A DNA stretch of 61,823 nt, filler included, from Platydemus manokwari (GCA_037951405.1; 5 parts of 5 records of this genome joined end to end with filler, not necessarily neighbours in it), one strand, 5' to 3'. Positions 23,333-37,990 are shown, numbered from the whole stretch's first letter. Notes: generated by a model not told the origin, from the letters alone. Made by a program: numbers and translations.

Positions 23333-24611
23333 AATAATAATAATATTATTAAAATTTTATTATAAAACTATAAATAATCATTAATATAAATCATAAATAT
23401 AATTAAGTGAATTAATAATTTAATCAATATCTGAGTCAGCAAAATAGATATAAATGATTAAAAAACATAATAATAATTAACAAATTAAATTTTAATTACG
23501 TAATTGTAAATATTAATATAAAAATAATATTTTAGCATTAAATAATAAAAATAAAAACATTCTACTGACGTACCATTGTTGTTATTATTTTCCATTATAA
23601 AAAATAATACTGAGAACTTGATCAGATCATCTCACACACATCGATAAATACAATGATAGTCTATTTAAATCTAATTCTATACTTTGTGAGTTTATTGTTG
23701 AAATAATGTGTTTGATATGTTTGCATTAAAAGCCTTGCTTAAACAAACCAATAAATGCTTCTATTTATTTATAAGCGCATCGATTATGAATATCTTAACA
23801 TTTTTTTTCGTTCATTACAACCCTGTCAACCAATGATCGATGTGAATTGAATATTATAATTTGTAACGTTATTATATAAAATATGGAAACAAATATAATC
23901 GAACTATAGAACCGGCAATTTCCAGACATGAAAGAGAAAATAATTCACCATTGTTATAAGATTGAATACAATAAAACAAAATTTAATTCTGTCATGAAAT
24001 AATTCTCTTTGTCAGACTCGCTGTAGAGGAAATCTGATAAATATTTTCAAGAAATATTTTTATTCGATTTAATTTTCATGACAAACAAGATCTTCAAATT
24101 TTGAGGTGAAAATTTTTATATTATTTTGCAATAAATATTTTTATTTGATCGAAAATTTTATTTATATATTATTTTTAATATCATCTTATCAATAGTATTT
24201 TATATCTATTATTATATTTATCTTGATTATTAAAGTGAATATAATATAACTTTTTATAATATAATAATAATATAATTATAATATAATAATAAGTCTGATG
24301 GATTGATTGTGTTTTATTAATAATATTGTTAGAGACATTCTAAATAGCAATATAAATAACTATAATTATAATATTATAATAAATTATTGTATAATAATGA
24401 GAGGAATCAATGATAGAAATAATTGGAACAAATTAATAACAGTACTGTCATTTAAATGATAATAATCAGGTGAGTAATAATAATGATAATAATAATCTAA
24501 TAAAATTTACTTTATAAGTATTAACAACAATAATAATAAATTATTTTTATATAATTTTCGTGATTATTGTTGTTTTTACATGAAACAATAAAAGTATTTG
24601 GCTTTGCGTAT

Positions 24612-25143
24612 TGTTGGGTATATCACAAATCAATCAAAAGAGTCACGAGAACTAAGGAAAGAACCCTAAAATTGTCAACACACGCAAACCCAATAAACAT
24701 AAGTGCCATCAACCAATCAGACTCGTTCTCATGTTAATCCAGATTTAGAAGCTAAGAATCGACAAGCACATACCTACACACGACAGCAAGCTCAACTATT
24801 CGCCAATGACATGTGAGGTATACGAACAAATTCAGTAAATGGAAAACGAAGATTCTCGACATCAAGCAGACACACCAGACAGGTCTATAAAGAAGGTTGA
24901 GTACCTTGGATTTCTGCCATTCATTTTTGGTGGGTAACTTAAGTACTTAGTTTATGTGTGATTTTAGTTATCAGTCTTTTTGATTACTCTTTATTCTTTT
25001 TTTGACTTTCGGGCGCTGGTCCCGTCTTGAGTGATTTACTTTGTGAATTGTGACAAGATTTGCTGTTGTTGTTGTTAAGACTGAGTGTATCATGTTAGTT
25101 AATACCAATTTTCAGATCAAAATTGTTTATTGATAACCCAACA
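24612..25143 (+). mobile_element. Solo LTR (copy 1)
   Basis: Termini TGTTGGGTATATCA...TGATAACCCAACA (TG..CA, inverted), perfect 4-bp TSD GTAT, internal TATAAA. Homologous to 49913-50466. Confidence 0.88.
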
Positions 25144-25719
25144 GTATTATTATAAATATTGTTAGTGGTGTCTCTCTTTCACGTTTGGAGATTCGTTTAA
25201 AGTATTCATTTAGACGATTTTCGTAATTTTTATTAATGTAAACAAATTAGAATCATTTCCAGAAAGCTTCCTTAACTGTCAATCTTAATCAGGCATACAA
25301 ATAAAAATATTTAAATTATTTAAAAATCACTTCATATAAAATTCTAAATAATTCAATAAAATTTAAAAATATTATTTCTCATTTGAAAATTATTATTAAA
25401 TTATTAAAATTATTATTAAAATTTCTTCCTTTAAATTTTCGTCACAATTATAATTTTCTTATTTTGATCATATAAGCTATTATTAATGATTAATAAAATT
25501 TAAGAAAAAGAAAACCAAAGCTTAGGCGTTATCACATTGAAGTCAGTTTTTTAATTAAATAAACGACGAACTTGCACCGCAACGCCATAAACAGCATTGT
25601 TCTTATTAATTGTTTCTTTCGTTGTTATAATATGTAATCTTCTCTCATATTTTATTGCCAACTACCTTATTTTATGTTATCTAGTAGGCACTTCAATTTA
25701 TGTTGAAATTTTCCTATTA

Positions 25720-26090
25720 CACTCAGCCATCATTAATCCTAACTTCACTAATCCGAAAACTTTACAATACGACAAAAAGATATTTATTTCGTCAATTTTC
25801 GAACGTTTCCAGACAAATTTGATTCATTAATCCGAAACTTCATGATCCGCAATCGGAAAGCTCTTTTTTGAATTAAATTTTTAATAATTTTTAAAATTTT
25901 CGGATTAATGTTGTTTAAATATTATCTTGTATACAATTTTAATTTATTTAAATTAGATATCCATATGGATAGAAAAGGAACAGAAATTACAATACATCAA
26001 AGGCAAAAATTTGTGCAATAAAGGAGTCAAAGAATATGTCGCTGAGTGAATTGTCTCAAATTATCAGAATAGAATTAAATCTAGACCTGT
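25720..26090 (+). mobile_element. Tigger/pogo 5' fragment (same family as 48343-49514)
   Basis: Collinear with 48343-48700, including the start MDRKGTEITIHQRQKF. Confidence 0.75.
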
Positions 26091-27735
26091 TAAATAGGCA
26101 TATTTAAACAATTTGCTCATTCAGTAACATGTTTAAAATAATAATAATTATTAATAATTAACAGTTCTAATTAAAAATAAATAAAAACAAAATAACAACG
26201 GCTTGCGGTTAGTCTAAACATAATTGCCAATATATTTTTGTCAGCAATGTTATATAAACTACCATAACATACCGTTTTATTGCCAGTCACATTTGTTTAA
26301 TTTATATTATAACATTTATTGATTATTTTTAAACAAAGAAATCCCTGGTCATCTATATTAGATTCTATTATTTCGAATTGAAAAAAAATCTAAGAACTTC
26401 AAACCACAAAAGTATATTTAAGTAAATCAAAATAAGACCAACTTGTTACTTTATGTATGGGCCTGATTGAAGCCTGCATTTCTTTAAAGCAAAATAATAA
26501 CCATTATCTAAGGCGAAAAATCCGGGTGTATTTCATTTGCTTCTTGTCTGAATTTCCTGTTCCTCCCAATTACGGATTCATCGCTCCAAATTTTTCTAAT
26601 AGAGTTTGTTTTTCCAAAATTATTTATAATCATAGTCGCTGTTCATAATTATTACAAAGTTTTCTAGCTGTGGTTGAAGCTGATTTGTAGTGGGTTATTT
26701 AAGGAAATTTGTGATTTATGATCACTTCATACCAAGTGAGTACTGGATAGAAAGAAATGATAAATTAATATTGAAATAGCTTATTTCAATAAAACAAAAA
26801 TATTCAAAAGATAATGAATAACAGAAGTAAAACAACTACGTTTGCGAATAAGCACTTTAACGAATTATTAAAACAATAAAAAAACAATAAGTCTGCCACA
26901 TCAATTAGTAGAGGTTGTTAAGCAGAAGCAAATTAAATTGAAAGAACTTCTGCCAAAACTTGTATGTTGAAAAGATTGATTTAATTTTCCCCGAGTTATC
27001 TCCAGTCTAACATTTTCATCACTAATTTATAAAAACAAATAATAACGCTATTGATTTATAGTCAATAATTAATTGCAACAAAAGAAGTTATGATAATTTC
27101 CTCTGTTTCAATGCAGGTAGTCGGATTAAAGTTAATTTTCTTATTCGAATCAATCATTAATTTCATTATCAATAATATGTTTACATCAATTTAGTTTCTC
27201 GCAATCCTTCAAACGGGAAAATTATTATAATTTTATTACAATATCACTAATAATATTCTCTATATGATACATATTACAAATTCACTTAAAAGAATTTCAA
27301 AGGTAGAATTAAATTTTAATTTTCTTTAAGATAATAAATTATTAAAATCATTTTTATAAAGATTTATCCTTATTATTGAGTTCAAAAGTAAAGTTAAAAA
27401 CTACTGTTTCTCGAAAGACAACAATCTTATTCCTTATTATAATAATTTTAAAGTAATTAATCCCATTAATGTAGAAATAGTTAACTTTAGTTTCATAATT
27501 TAAAATTGAGCTATTATGTTGCTTATTCAGAGAACTATTTAAACAAATATTTAGCATGATTAGTGTTTATCTAGAAATAAATTTTTGTCTAAATTATTAA
27601 TGATATTTTGGAGTTTTAATTAGTATTTTTACTTTTATTAATTTATTATTTAAATTCTAACTCAAATTATCTTTCAAAATTCATAATTTTCACAAAAATA
27701 GTTATTAATTATTTATATTGAATCTTAAAAAATTG

Positions 27736-28525
27736 GGCTTAAGTTAAAAAAGAGTCCTAAAATAAAATTTTTAATTTGTGGAGTGTATTGCAAAAATCTA
27801 TATAGTTTATTTAATTAAATTCTTTTAAAACATTTTGAATTTTTTATAAAAGTACCTGAGAAGAATTTTATTTCTTTATAAAACAAATATTATCACACAT
27901 GAGTTTTAAAATATATTGAAAATCATTTATTTGAAAAACCGGTCAAAGATGGTCAAGAAGAAATTAATTGAAAATTAGCGAGGACACTCTTTTTTAACAT
28001 TAGAAGCAAATGGAACGATATCTAATATTTTTAGAATTATTTTATAAAAAAGTGACATGTTAATCACTGAGGAGTACCAGAAACTTGGTACTTGTGTTTA
28101 TCTCAAAATAAGTATATTAATATTTATTTGATAGATTGAATACATAAATTAAAAACCTTTCAATACTGTAATGAAATGAAGTTTTTATCCAAATCAAATA
28201 AATCGAATTGGCACAGAAAATTAATTGGAGACCGAAATATCGTCGTAGAATTGAGAAGGCTTATTTTGGAGAAAGAATTGCTTCATATTTCTAGTCTCAT
28301 CGACTCTAAAAGCATTAAACTCAAGTTAATTGGAAATTATTTATTTAAAATGATGCTTTTATTTAATAGCACGTTCGTGAAACAATTATCCATAATATAT
28401 AAGGATTGTTAGAGTTGTTTCTTCCTTTTTTATCTAAAATAGAATTTTAAGCAAAAATTTCTATATTAAATTATGGAGGAAAGTACATCATATTAAAATT
28501 GGGTTAAAGGATTTTTTTCTTTACT
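27736..28525 (+). mobile_element. Merlin-like MITE family copy
   Basis: Starts GGCTTAAGTTAAAAAAGAGTCC and shares long blocks (e.g. GAAAATTAGCGAGGAC...TTTTAACATTAGAA; TTATCCATAATATATAAGGATTGTTAG) with 31300-32480, 41330-41830 and 58829-59766. Confidence 0.7.
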
Positions 28526-31299
28526 TATAAGAATTATAAAATTTGTAAATTTCAATTTAAAAAAAATTAAAATTAACAAAATATTAACAATAATTAGACT
28601 TCAATATAAGCATAAAATTGCATCATAATATATACATCAACACAATATCAGTAATTGAAGAAAATATCTCATAGGAATTATGAAAATTTGAACACGGTTT
28701 ATTCCGCTTAATAAAATTTGCTTGCCTTCATTGAGTAGCACTCGTACTTGATAAAATTTTGTCACTTTTGAAGTACCTTTTCATTATGTCTTATAATTGC
28801 AATTTGAGAAAATATTCAGGTTTTCTCTCTATTTCATCTTCAAACATATATATACATATCTGAATCTTTAATTAAAAGATAAACCATAATAACGATATAA
28901 AACGAACGATAAATCTAAGTAATTAACAACATCGTTAAATAAATATTTTTAGCATCAGGAAAGATACTTGTAAACTATAAATGTAGTGATAAGTAGTTGA
29001 CATTTTTATTATTGATATTATTTCGATCAATAATAAATATTTATAATTCAAAATATCTGTACTACGTAAATCCTTGAATTAATGAAATAACCTGTTTCGA
29101 AGAATATACGAAATAAATTACCGAGTAATTATAAACGGAACATGTTATGTTATTATTCATAATCTGAAAATCACAAATACTGATAAAGAAATCTGAGTTC
29201 TATGATAAATATTGAAATAACAAAATAGACAAAGTCGCACAACATTTTGACATTAAAAAATATGGCATAAATTTCCCTAATGTAGCAGGAACACGATGTG
29301 TAATTTGTTATTGAATTATATTAATCTATCAACATTGTTCGAAAGGGGATTATTAATTAACTAATCGAGTCAAGCTTCTCGAAGAACACTCGACTTTCTT
29401 ATTTACTGCTCCCCTGACCTCCTTTTCACCAAAGTTGGGTGGTAATAATTCCCAACAGGCTTTTATTTAAATCTTCATGGCACCACAACGTCACCATAAA
29501 AATACATTGTTATTAAAATAATTTTTATAATTTTATTGTATTGCGAAATAAAGTTTATTCTTCTTCACATCTTATTATTTACATATCAATTAATATTTAT
29601 AGCCGATGCTTTGGCACTGTGAAGAGTCCGGTATTGGTAAAATTATCTAACCATATATCAACCCCCGCGGCTAATAAAGTATTGCACAATTCATCAAGTT
29701 CCATCAATATTAATTTTATTAATTTTCATGGCGGTATGTATTATAAACAATTGCCGTATTTATCAATTATTATTATATTCTTTTTATCCTGAATTGGACC
29801 AATATTGGTAAAGTCAGATTTTTAAAATGGTATTTACAAAATAGCACATTGGATATTTATAATAATTATAATACATGATAACTTAATTATCAAAATAATA
29901 ATATCTCAAAATCCATTAAAATTTCCCTTGTGGAAAATTTATTCGTAAAATAACCCGTAACATATTATTGTGTGTTTAATAACAAATTGATAGATACATT
30001 GATAAAATTATAATAAAAAATTATCACCCATTATATCACACAATAAATGTAGGTAGTACATAACATATTCAATCAATCAAATTTAATGGAGTGAATTTTT
30101 TTCTGCGAGAATGAGCTCCAGCATGAAAACAAAAACGTATGACATTTAATAATAGAATTGCCTATATAAAGCAGCAGCTATAGTTATTCAGTGAACAATT
30201 GCTATGTATTGGGATAGAATACAATTTTGTAATCTAAATAGCACGGGAAGAATATCAACCAGGATCAGGATTTCATAAATTAACGGTGTTTTACTGGAAG
30301 ATCCAATAGTGAGAAGCATTTGTATGAAATACTGATCAAGATTATATTATTGAGCTTTGACTCAAAGACGTTAAAGGTTTTTCTCCAAGAGTATGAGCTT
30401 GTTGAATTTCGTCATAAGGTTTAGTGTATGTTTTAGCGTTAAAATCAGCCGGTGATTTTTATTTAGTAGCTATTTTGTATCATTATTATTTAGTAATGAA
30501 CACTTATAATATCAAGCCTGGGTTATTGATCAAATAGGGAACACAGATCATTGCTCATTATCATAGAGTGTCAATGAGCTAAGGTACATAAAGATAAGAT
30601 ACATAAACTAGGACTGATAATTGAGATGTATGACGATTTAATATCTTCATAAAATTAAGATGTGCGAGATGAATAATGGAATAATAAAAAGGTCCATAAC
30701 CCATGCGGACTTAATCAAGAACGTATTAAGACATATTAAGACAAAAATGATATAAAATATAAATAATATTAATAATAATAAAAAGCAATAATGCCAAAAC
30801 CTCGCCGATTAAATTAAGAAAACGGGTCTTTTGATATCATTTTTACTTAATGATTTTTCGAGTAATATTTTTTATTCATGTTTGATTTATTATTTGGTAT
30901 TATTATTTTTATCATATTTTGACTCAAAATTCAAATATAGATGGAAAAAAAATAAAGCAGCTAAGTTTTTTTAGAAAATAAAAAATCACAGCTTAATGCT
31001 GATTGAAGTTTTGGGAATAAATGTCTCGGTTATCCAAATTCACAAAGCACTTTCAATGGTTCAAAGTGCCATGCTGATAAAGTGTCTTATTATGGGATGG
31101 CATCTATAAGACCTCCGACAAAACTTAAAAGTAATTGATCCGTCTTTACCCATAATTGATTGAAAATAAAGTTATACAAGTTTGTCCTCTAGAAAGGTGA
31201 ATAATAACAGAAAGCAGAATAAATAAATAAATCTTTAAATTTTATACAGCAATTAAGTTTTTAAATATTTACTTTTATTTTTAAGGTTTTTTTAAAATC

Positions 31300-32480
31300 A
31301 TTTTATGGAGGTTGATTTATTTACATAATTTAGTTTTATGATATCGAACAAAGACAAAACAGATTTGTGAAACAAAGTCTCTATTCTAAACACAATAACT
31401 CAACTTGATTTTTTGAGTTGTTAAATTTTTTAATTAATTATTGATCGACTTTGTAAATTCCAGAGATGTTTAATAATCTTGAATCGAAAATTCAAAAATT
31501 CAAATGTTTTGAAAGAATATTATTATATAAACTTTACAGATTTTTGCAATGCACTCAACAAATTCAAATTTTTATTTTAGAGGTCCTTTTCTTAATTTTA
31601 ATCGGGACTCACACAGAAAAAGTATAAGCAAAATGATTTCCGAAAGCAAACGAACAACGAACAAATATTAACAATTCTTATTAAAATAAAATTAAGAACT
31701 TAAAATTATTTATCAAGGTACAAAATTTGTAAGTTTTGAATAAATACATATCAATGAATAAGTAGCTTGGCATATAAAAATAATTGGAAGCAGAAACATC
31801 GTCGCAGAAATTGACGAGGCCTACTTTGGAGGAGCTAAATATAATAACTGATGTCGAAGACATTGTATTTGAGCTTTTGAATAATTGCTTCCTATTTCTA
31901 GTTTGCAACCGAAGCGCATCAACTCTAAAAGCAATAAATACGAGTTAATCAGAAATTGTATATTTAAAATGATACTTTTATGTAATTGTATGTTTGTGAA
32001 CCCATTATCCATAATATATAAGGATTGTTAGTTGTTTTTTTCCTTTTTTTATCTAAAATTGAATTTTAAACAAAAACTTCATTAAATTATGATTAAAACT
32101 AAATTTTAATATTAAATTATGATGGAAAATACATTAAATTAAAATTGGGTCAAAGGGGCCTTTTTCTAAACTTTAGTCAATTGGGCTCCCAAAATCAAAT
32201 TTTAAATTTGTTGAATGTATTATAAAAATCTATATAGTTTATTTAATGATATTCTTTAAAAACATCTTGAATTTTTTATTTAAGTACTTAAAAAGAATTT
32301 TAATTGTTTGAAATCAAATATTAAATACACTGGATGTTAACAATCTCCTAAAATTTGATATTTTGAAAAACTTAAAAAAGTAGGTCGAATTGCAATTTAT
32401 TGAAAATTAGCGAGGACCCCTTTTTAACATTAGAAACAATATGAGAGATATTCTCAATTTTTACAATTATTTTACAAAAA
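31300..32480. mobile_element. Cluster of rearranged pieces of the same MITE family
   Basis: A reverse-oriented end lies at ~31300-31603, a right half ends CTTTAGTC at 32178, and a left half follows at 32184-32480. Confidence 0.6.
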
Positions 32481-32924
32481 TAACCAATGATATTATTAAA
32501 CATGTCTGTAATTAGCTAACTCAATTTATAATTATAAAAATATAAATTTAAAAACTCAAGTAATCATTTAGAAGTGTTGTGATTAAAATGGGGACTTGGT
32601 TTTAAAACTATGTTTTGTCACTATTAGACATCATAAAAAATGAGATATTAACTGAATTATACGAATAAATCAAACATAGCAGTTATATATAAAATTAAGT
32701 TTTAAAAATATATCATGTGCGAAAATTCAAAAGACCCTTTTTCTTCACTGAAGCTAAATTTTTAAAGATTTATTTTATATAATTTTTTTATTAGTTCCTT
32801 TTTAATGTGTGTTTTATAAAATAGTAGAACGTAATAAAATAAATTTTGTCATATAATATAATGAAAAATGAAAATTCTAAATGTGATTTTAATGATAATT
32901 TTTGATAGTATTTTTAAGTTTTTA

Positions 32925-33017
32925 CCAGGTGTACCGGTACGAAATGAGCGTTTTTTGTTAAAATGAAACACTAATTTTGAATGGAAAAGTAAAAAACATT
33001 TATTCAAAGTATTGACC
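32925..33017 (-). mobile_element. mariner (Mos1/mauritiana-like) 3' end, cut by contig gap
   Basis: TA + CCAGGTGTACCGGTACGAAATG (Mos1-like TIR). The reverse complement of TTATTCAAAGTATTGACC encodes GQYFE*, the mariner transposase C-terminus. Confidence 0.85.
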
Positions 33018-33117
33018 NNNNNNNNNNNNNNNNNNNNNNNNNNNNNNNNNNNNNNNNNNNNTTAATTAATTAANNNNNNNNNNNNNNNNNNNNNNNNNNN
33101 NNNNNNNNNNNNNNNNN
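33018..33117. other. Artificial contig spacer N44-TTAATTAATTAA-N44
   Basis: Identical 100-bp linker. Confidence 0.98.
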
Positions 33118-33439
33118 TATGTTCAGCGTTATAACAATTTGTGTTAATAAAATACCTGCATAAAAACATGAATAACTTTTGACTCAACCTGGTACATCAA
33201 TATTAAATGGTTCAAACAGAGCACGTTTGGTTATTGTTAATATGAATTCAATATTGTTATGCTTTGATCATGTGACAGTCTTGGCTACTGGCGATTTGTT
33301 CGAAGAGATGACAGATTGGCAGCAACATGGTCAACCCATGAATGCCGAATCTGGTACTATAATTCAATGCAGAATGTTTAATTCTTTCTGACAATCCAAT
33401 TAAGATGCAAATATTTATTTAACAAATAGGTAGTTTAAT

Positions 33440-34740
33440 GACATAACTCAGACATAGTCTCACGACCTTCACCCCTAAGTGGTGGAGCAAATATCTCAGG
33501 TTTCGCACTGGATTCATCTTCGTGTCATCAGTGGTTCTTAACCAAGTTTATCGAACATTTATTTATCCTCAGAGTATGTCAACTCAACGTCCGAGATATT
33601 TTCTTGGTGGTATTTTTCGATTATGCTTCTTGGGCTTGATGGAATTGCCATTGGTTATAGCATGCCTGGATGTTGGACTTGATACATTGAAATGGGATTG
33701 TCTCCATCGATATTTTTTGAATCCAAGTTTTCTCAGTATTACATCATTTTTATGTCAATATTCCGAGTAATCTGACCACATAAGTGAATAGTTCCACTGT
33801 CCGTCCTGTTCTGGGTTTTTAATCCCTTTTGCATATTGGCATTAATTGGGATTGGTTATCAGACTTTGTTTATCTATCAGGAATTTCACATCGATTAGAA
33901 AGATTGAACGGGTACGGTTATTAACTACTTGCATTCTAGCTCATAGTCTAAAACCCTTAATTAGGCAAGTTTTTCAACATGGACATCATTATCTGTGTGG
34001 TAATTGATAAATTTGGTCAATATATCCATAATTTTCGAGTGTCGGTGCAGAACGTGAGAATTAAACACACCGAGCTTGGTAAAGAGATGTGTTTGTGACT
34101 CTAGCTTATATAGGTATTTTCTCAATTGTTGGTCTATCATATACTTCCTGTTCAGTGTTGGCAAGGTATCAGAGCGTGCTTTATTCAGAAAAATGAGTAC
34201 CGTTATTGTTAGGCTTCCGTTGAATACCAGTTTTTTCATATGAGCGAGACAGAAGGCATTGCTTTTATTTATCTTCAGCAACGTTTTCTTAGGCTCATTT
34301 TGGTTGATAGATTTTAGTGATGCATTGATACAAGAGTTTCGGAAGTTCTTTGATCTTTTATGGCTAATCAGAGCTTCTCTTGTTATTTTGCCTTCATATT
34401 TGTAGACATTGTTGAGTGACCTGAATTCCAATTTATTCATCGATTATTTGGAAGCTGATTGCCGTGTATAGTTTATCATTGGCATCTTTGATGCCTTCCT
34501 TATCTTTCCCCGCTATCATTGAGTCCTTTTCGTGCCCTTTTTTTCTGAATTTTGCCAGTTTATAGAATCCATCATTGTTGGTAATTGATTCGAGGATTTC
34601 TGCACTGATTCTCTGGGAATGTTTGGGATGATATTGAGCTGACTGATGATGGACAAATAGTGCATTGACGATTGATTGTATTGTATATTCTGAGGTAATA
34701 CTTCGGAGATCACACCCTCCATTTTATTTAATTGCATATA
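33440..34740 (-). mobile_element. Non-LTR retrotransposon 3' fragment, restriction-like endonuclease class (NeSL/R2/R4-like)
   Basis: FLNKARSDTLPT...ESQTHLF...HRHSKIMDIL (KAR.LPT / CCHC / RHN region), then IFLIDVKF and YVV.LLG...NDVILRKLGF of the RLE endonuclease. Confidence 0.75.
33461..33537 (-). ncRNA. Degenerate type I hammerhead ribozyme-like motif
   Basis: Minus strand reads CCA-CUGAUGA-CAC(13 nt)GUG-C-GAAA-CCU...AGGU-C-GUG. It has the full core, a perfect stem III and a GUC cleavage triplet, but stems I and II are each one nucleotide out of register. Confidence 0.45.
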
Positions 34741-37269
34741 GGTAATATGTCGAACATGGTTTGAGAACTAAAGAGAGACTACATATTTTATATAAATTAT
34801 TAAATAAATTCTTAATTAAAGCAAATATGATCTTATAGTAATAATAATAATAAAATAGCAATAAATGATGCGATAAAAATGTGTTATCAGATTTTAAAAA
34901 GTGAGTAAAAATAGAAGTGAGACATAAAAATGGTAAATCAGAAAATTTTTATTTAGTTTATTAATAAAATAAAAATACTAATCAGGCACTAAAATGGAAA
35001 AAACAAAAAATCATTGCATAATAAATAAAAATATAAAATAAATGAAGACAGATCGAACTACAAGCATCAGTAGCAAGATAGTATATAAGAACAGAGTATT
35101 GAACGGGATTTGTTGATTTATGAGAATGTGTAAATTTTATATTATATTTAAACGTCATCATTAACAGTTACCCTTTATTTAATGATTAATTGATTTAATT
35201 AATATTTCATTATTAATCGCCTCCATTTGGTTTTTACTATCTCCCTCGTGCTGATATTTCGCAGCAATCCACCTGCATAGTACGTTGTGTATTGTGGCAA
35301 ATTTTTCAGTACTTTTGAATCCTGTTCAATTTTTATTCTACTAAATAAATCCTACTAACATCGACCTAGTGATCATTATATCTCTAATGATAATTTTTTT
35401 TAATTTGTTGTTAGGTACGTTCCGCACCAGTCAAACTTGCTGTAGTTGGACAAATAATTCTTTTTGCAAAAGTCAATCATTTATATAACATCAATATTTG
35501 CACTTTTCAGTAATTTTCTGATAACTTCGTCCTCGTCCGGGTTCAATCAATAAAGAATCAATAAAGCTAATAATAAAACTAACACAAAACCAATTAATTA
35601 ATATATTATTTATTTGGATTAAAAATGTATTCGATGCTAGCTTATTCCATCACAGACAGTTAAGTCGAAGAATTTATCATTAAATGTATTTTAAAAAATT
35701 TCCTTGAGAAACCCTAGAAAAGATAGGAAGAAAACATAATATACAAGAATTGGTACATAATAATAAATCGAAAAATTAAATATTTGACAAATCTTGGTAT
35801 TCTTATTTGAGTCTTGATACCAGTTATTATTGTGTTATACAGTGATTTGATTTATGATAAAATATATATAACTTTGATTTATCAAATCAGGATAAATGGA
35901 CCACAAACGAGAATTTATATTTTTAGAATTCAAATTTGGAATAAAAATTTATTTATTAAAAAATATCTTTTTAATTATATATAAGTGATTTCATTAAATA
36001 CATCATATTGTAATTTTTAACTTATTTTTATTAACGGGGTTAATTACCCCCTTTGTAAATTTGGTGGTTTTTATTTTTATAATTGGTTTATTTTGAGACA
36101 TTTAGCATTATTCTGGAGTAGATAACTTTTGAATTGTTTTTTTAATGAGTTTGTATTCTGATATTTTCTTTTTTCAATTAGCAATTATCCAAATCTTCTA
36201 TTGTCAGCTACGAAGAATACGATATATTTTATATAGGCTATATTTTAATTCTAATTTTCGTAACAAAGTTTCTTTTCAGCTAATTGATATTTTTGCAATA
36301 CTTAATCATAAATATATCATTTTCAAACCGATCATATACAACAATAAAAAAATCCAGAAAAACTGAGACTTCGGGGAAATATTTGAAATAATATTGATTT
36401 TAAAAAAAAGTTTTACAAAATATTAGATTTGAATAATCAAAAATCTTTGAACTCTAAAACAACATTAAGCAATTATTTCCACCCAAACATAGCAATATTT
36501 TAAGGCAAACACACATACGCAATCTAATATTCCAACAAGATAACTTTAATAAAAACAATCCAAGAAATTTACAGAATCAAATTAAAATCAAACATACATA
36601 TTCAAGCAATAATACATTAAAAGAACCGACGTTGTCAAATTTCTTTCAGATCTCAGTCGGTATTGAATTTGTAATTTGATTTATTATTGATAGAAATTTA
36701 ATTTTTATTGTCGGGCTCTAGTGTTGTTTAATTTCGTTTAACGAATTTCAAAATTAGCATGAGTTGTAGATAATTGCAATGGTGCAAAATCTGAGTTTAA
36801 AAATTATTTGTTCTGACTCAAAATTACAGCCAAAAATTTGATTCATTAATTAGAATCTAAAAGTTATCACTTATCAATATATTTTAATAACGATATAATA
36901 AATCTATAAATTTATTAATTAAAAGATATAATGATTTATGTTGTAATGCATCATTTGATTTCATAATTTTACAAACAATACTGATGGAAGATAAATTACA
37001 ACCCACGTCTTTACAACTCATTTCAATTGTATGTGAAATTATGGTAATTCTGAAAAAAGCGCTTTCAAGACTAATTAATATGAGAAGACACATTCTCATA
37101 AATGAACCTTATTATTAAAATTTCGTTGATAATAATTAATTTGTAATAACAATTTTAATGAATAATTATCAACTTATTTTATTGTATTTTATTAAAAGTA
37201 TTAATAAAAGAACAGAAGCGTTTGAAGAATTCTTTATCAGGAGTCGAGTTAATTTAGGTCTATCTTGAC

Positions 37270-37990
37270 TTATGTGAGCATTACAGGTAGCTTGGGCGTG
37301 GTGCTAATGGTGTGGTGCTAATGTGTGAAAATAGAAATTTTATGTTGTTAATGTCTAACCCCAATAGCTTAAATGTTTTATCATTATATGAATCCCATGA
37401 TCCTAAAACTCCTATATATGAAGGGCATTTAGTGTTTTGTGGTGGTTGCGATTTGTAATGTAAGGGATTTGTATTTTTCATAGTTTAAAGTAGGGCCCAG
37501 GCTGAAATTTGTGTCTGTTATAAATTTGTGTTTTTTCTTACTGTAACGGTAATTAAGTCTGGTCAAAGCTTAGTATTTATCTCAACCGGACCCGAATCAA
37601 CTTCAGCGTCAATGCCAAGAGATAGGAAATATGCAGAGAATATCCAGTAAATTATCATTGGTTATAGTTTACTGCAGATATGGTGCATGCAAAAACAAAA
37701 TAACATGCCTTTCCGTAGTGTGCAATGAACAGTAAGCCCCATCCTAAATTGGACAGAATTTTTCGTGGGCATAGATAAATATAAATCTATTTATTTCACC
37801 TTACATTGTTATTTTAAAGTCATGATTATGAGATAGATGTAACAATAAAGCAGTTTTGTAATTCTTGTGAGAGTTGAATATTCTGTCGTTCTCTGAGATT
37901 TTGTGATGAATATGAACAACATTGAGTTGGAGTTTGCCTTTATATTTTTAATGGAATTAGTGGAATGAGTAATTTATTTGGATAGTATAA
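37270..37990 (-). mobile_element. Second, more decayed RLE non-LTR retrotransposon fragment
   Basis: EKYKSL...IGVLGSWDSYNDKTFKLLGL matches the KY..L / VG.LGSW...ND..L..LG end of NeSL/R2-type endonucleases. Confidence 0.55.

Noticed and set aside
26440-26700. Possible Tc1 remnant (KIWSDES on the minus strand)
   Set aside because: Only one short motif, with no TIRs or further collinear similarity.
21776-37099. Numerous 60-85 aa ORFs in AT-rich intergenic DNA
   Set aside because: Low-complexity I/L/F/N/K composition typical of random AT-rich frames or MITE sequence, with no splice or homology support.
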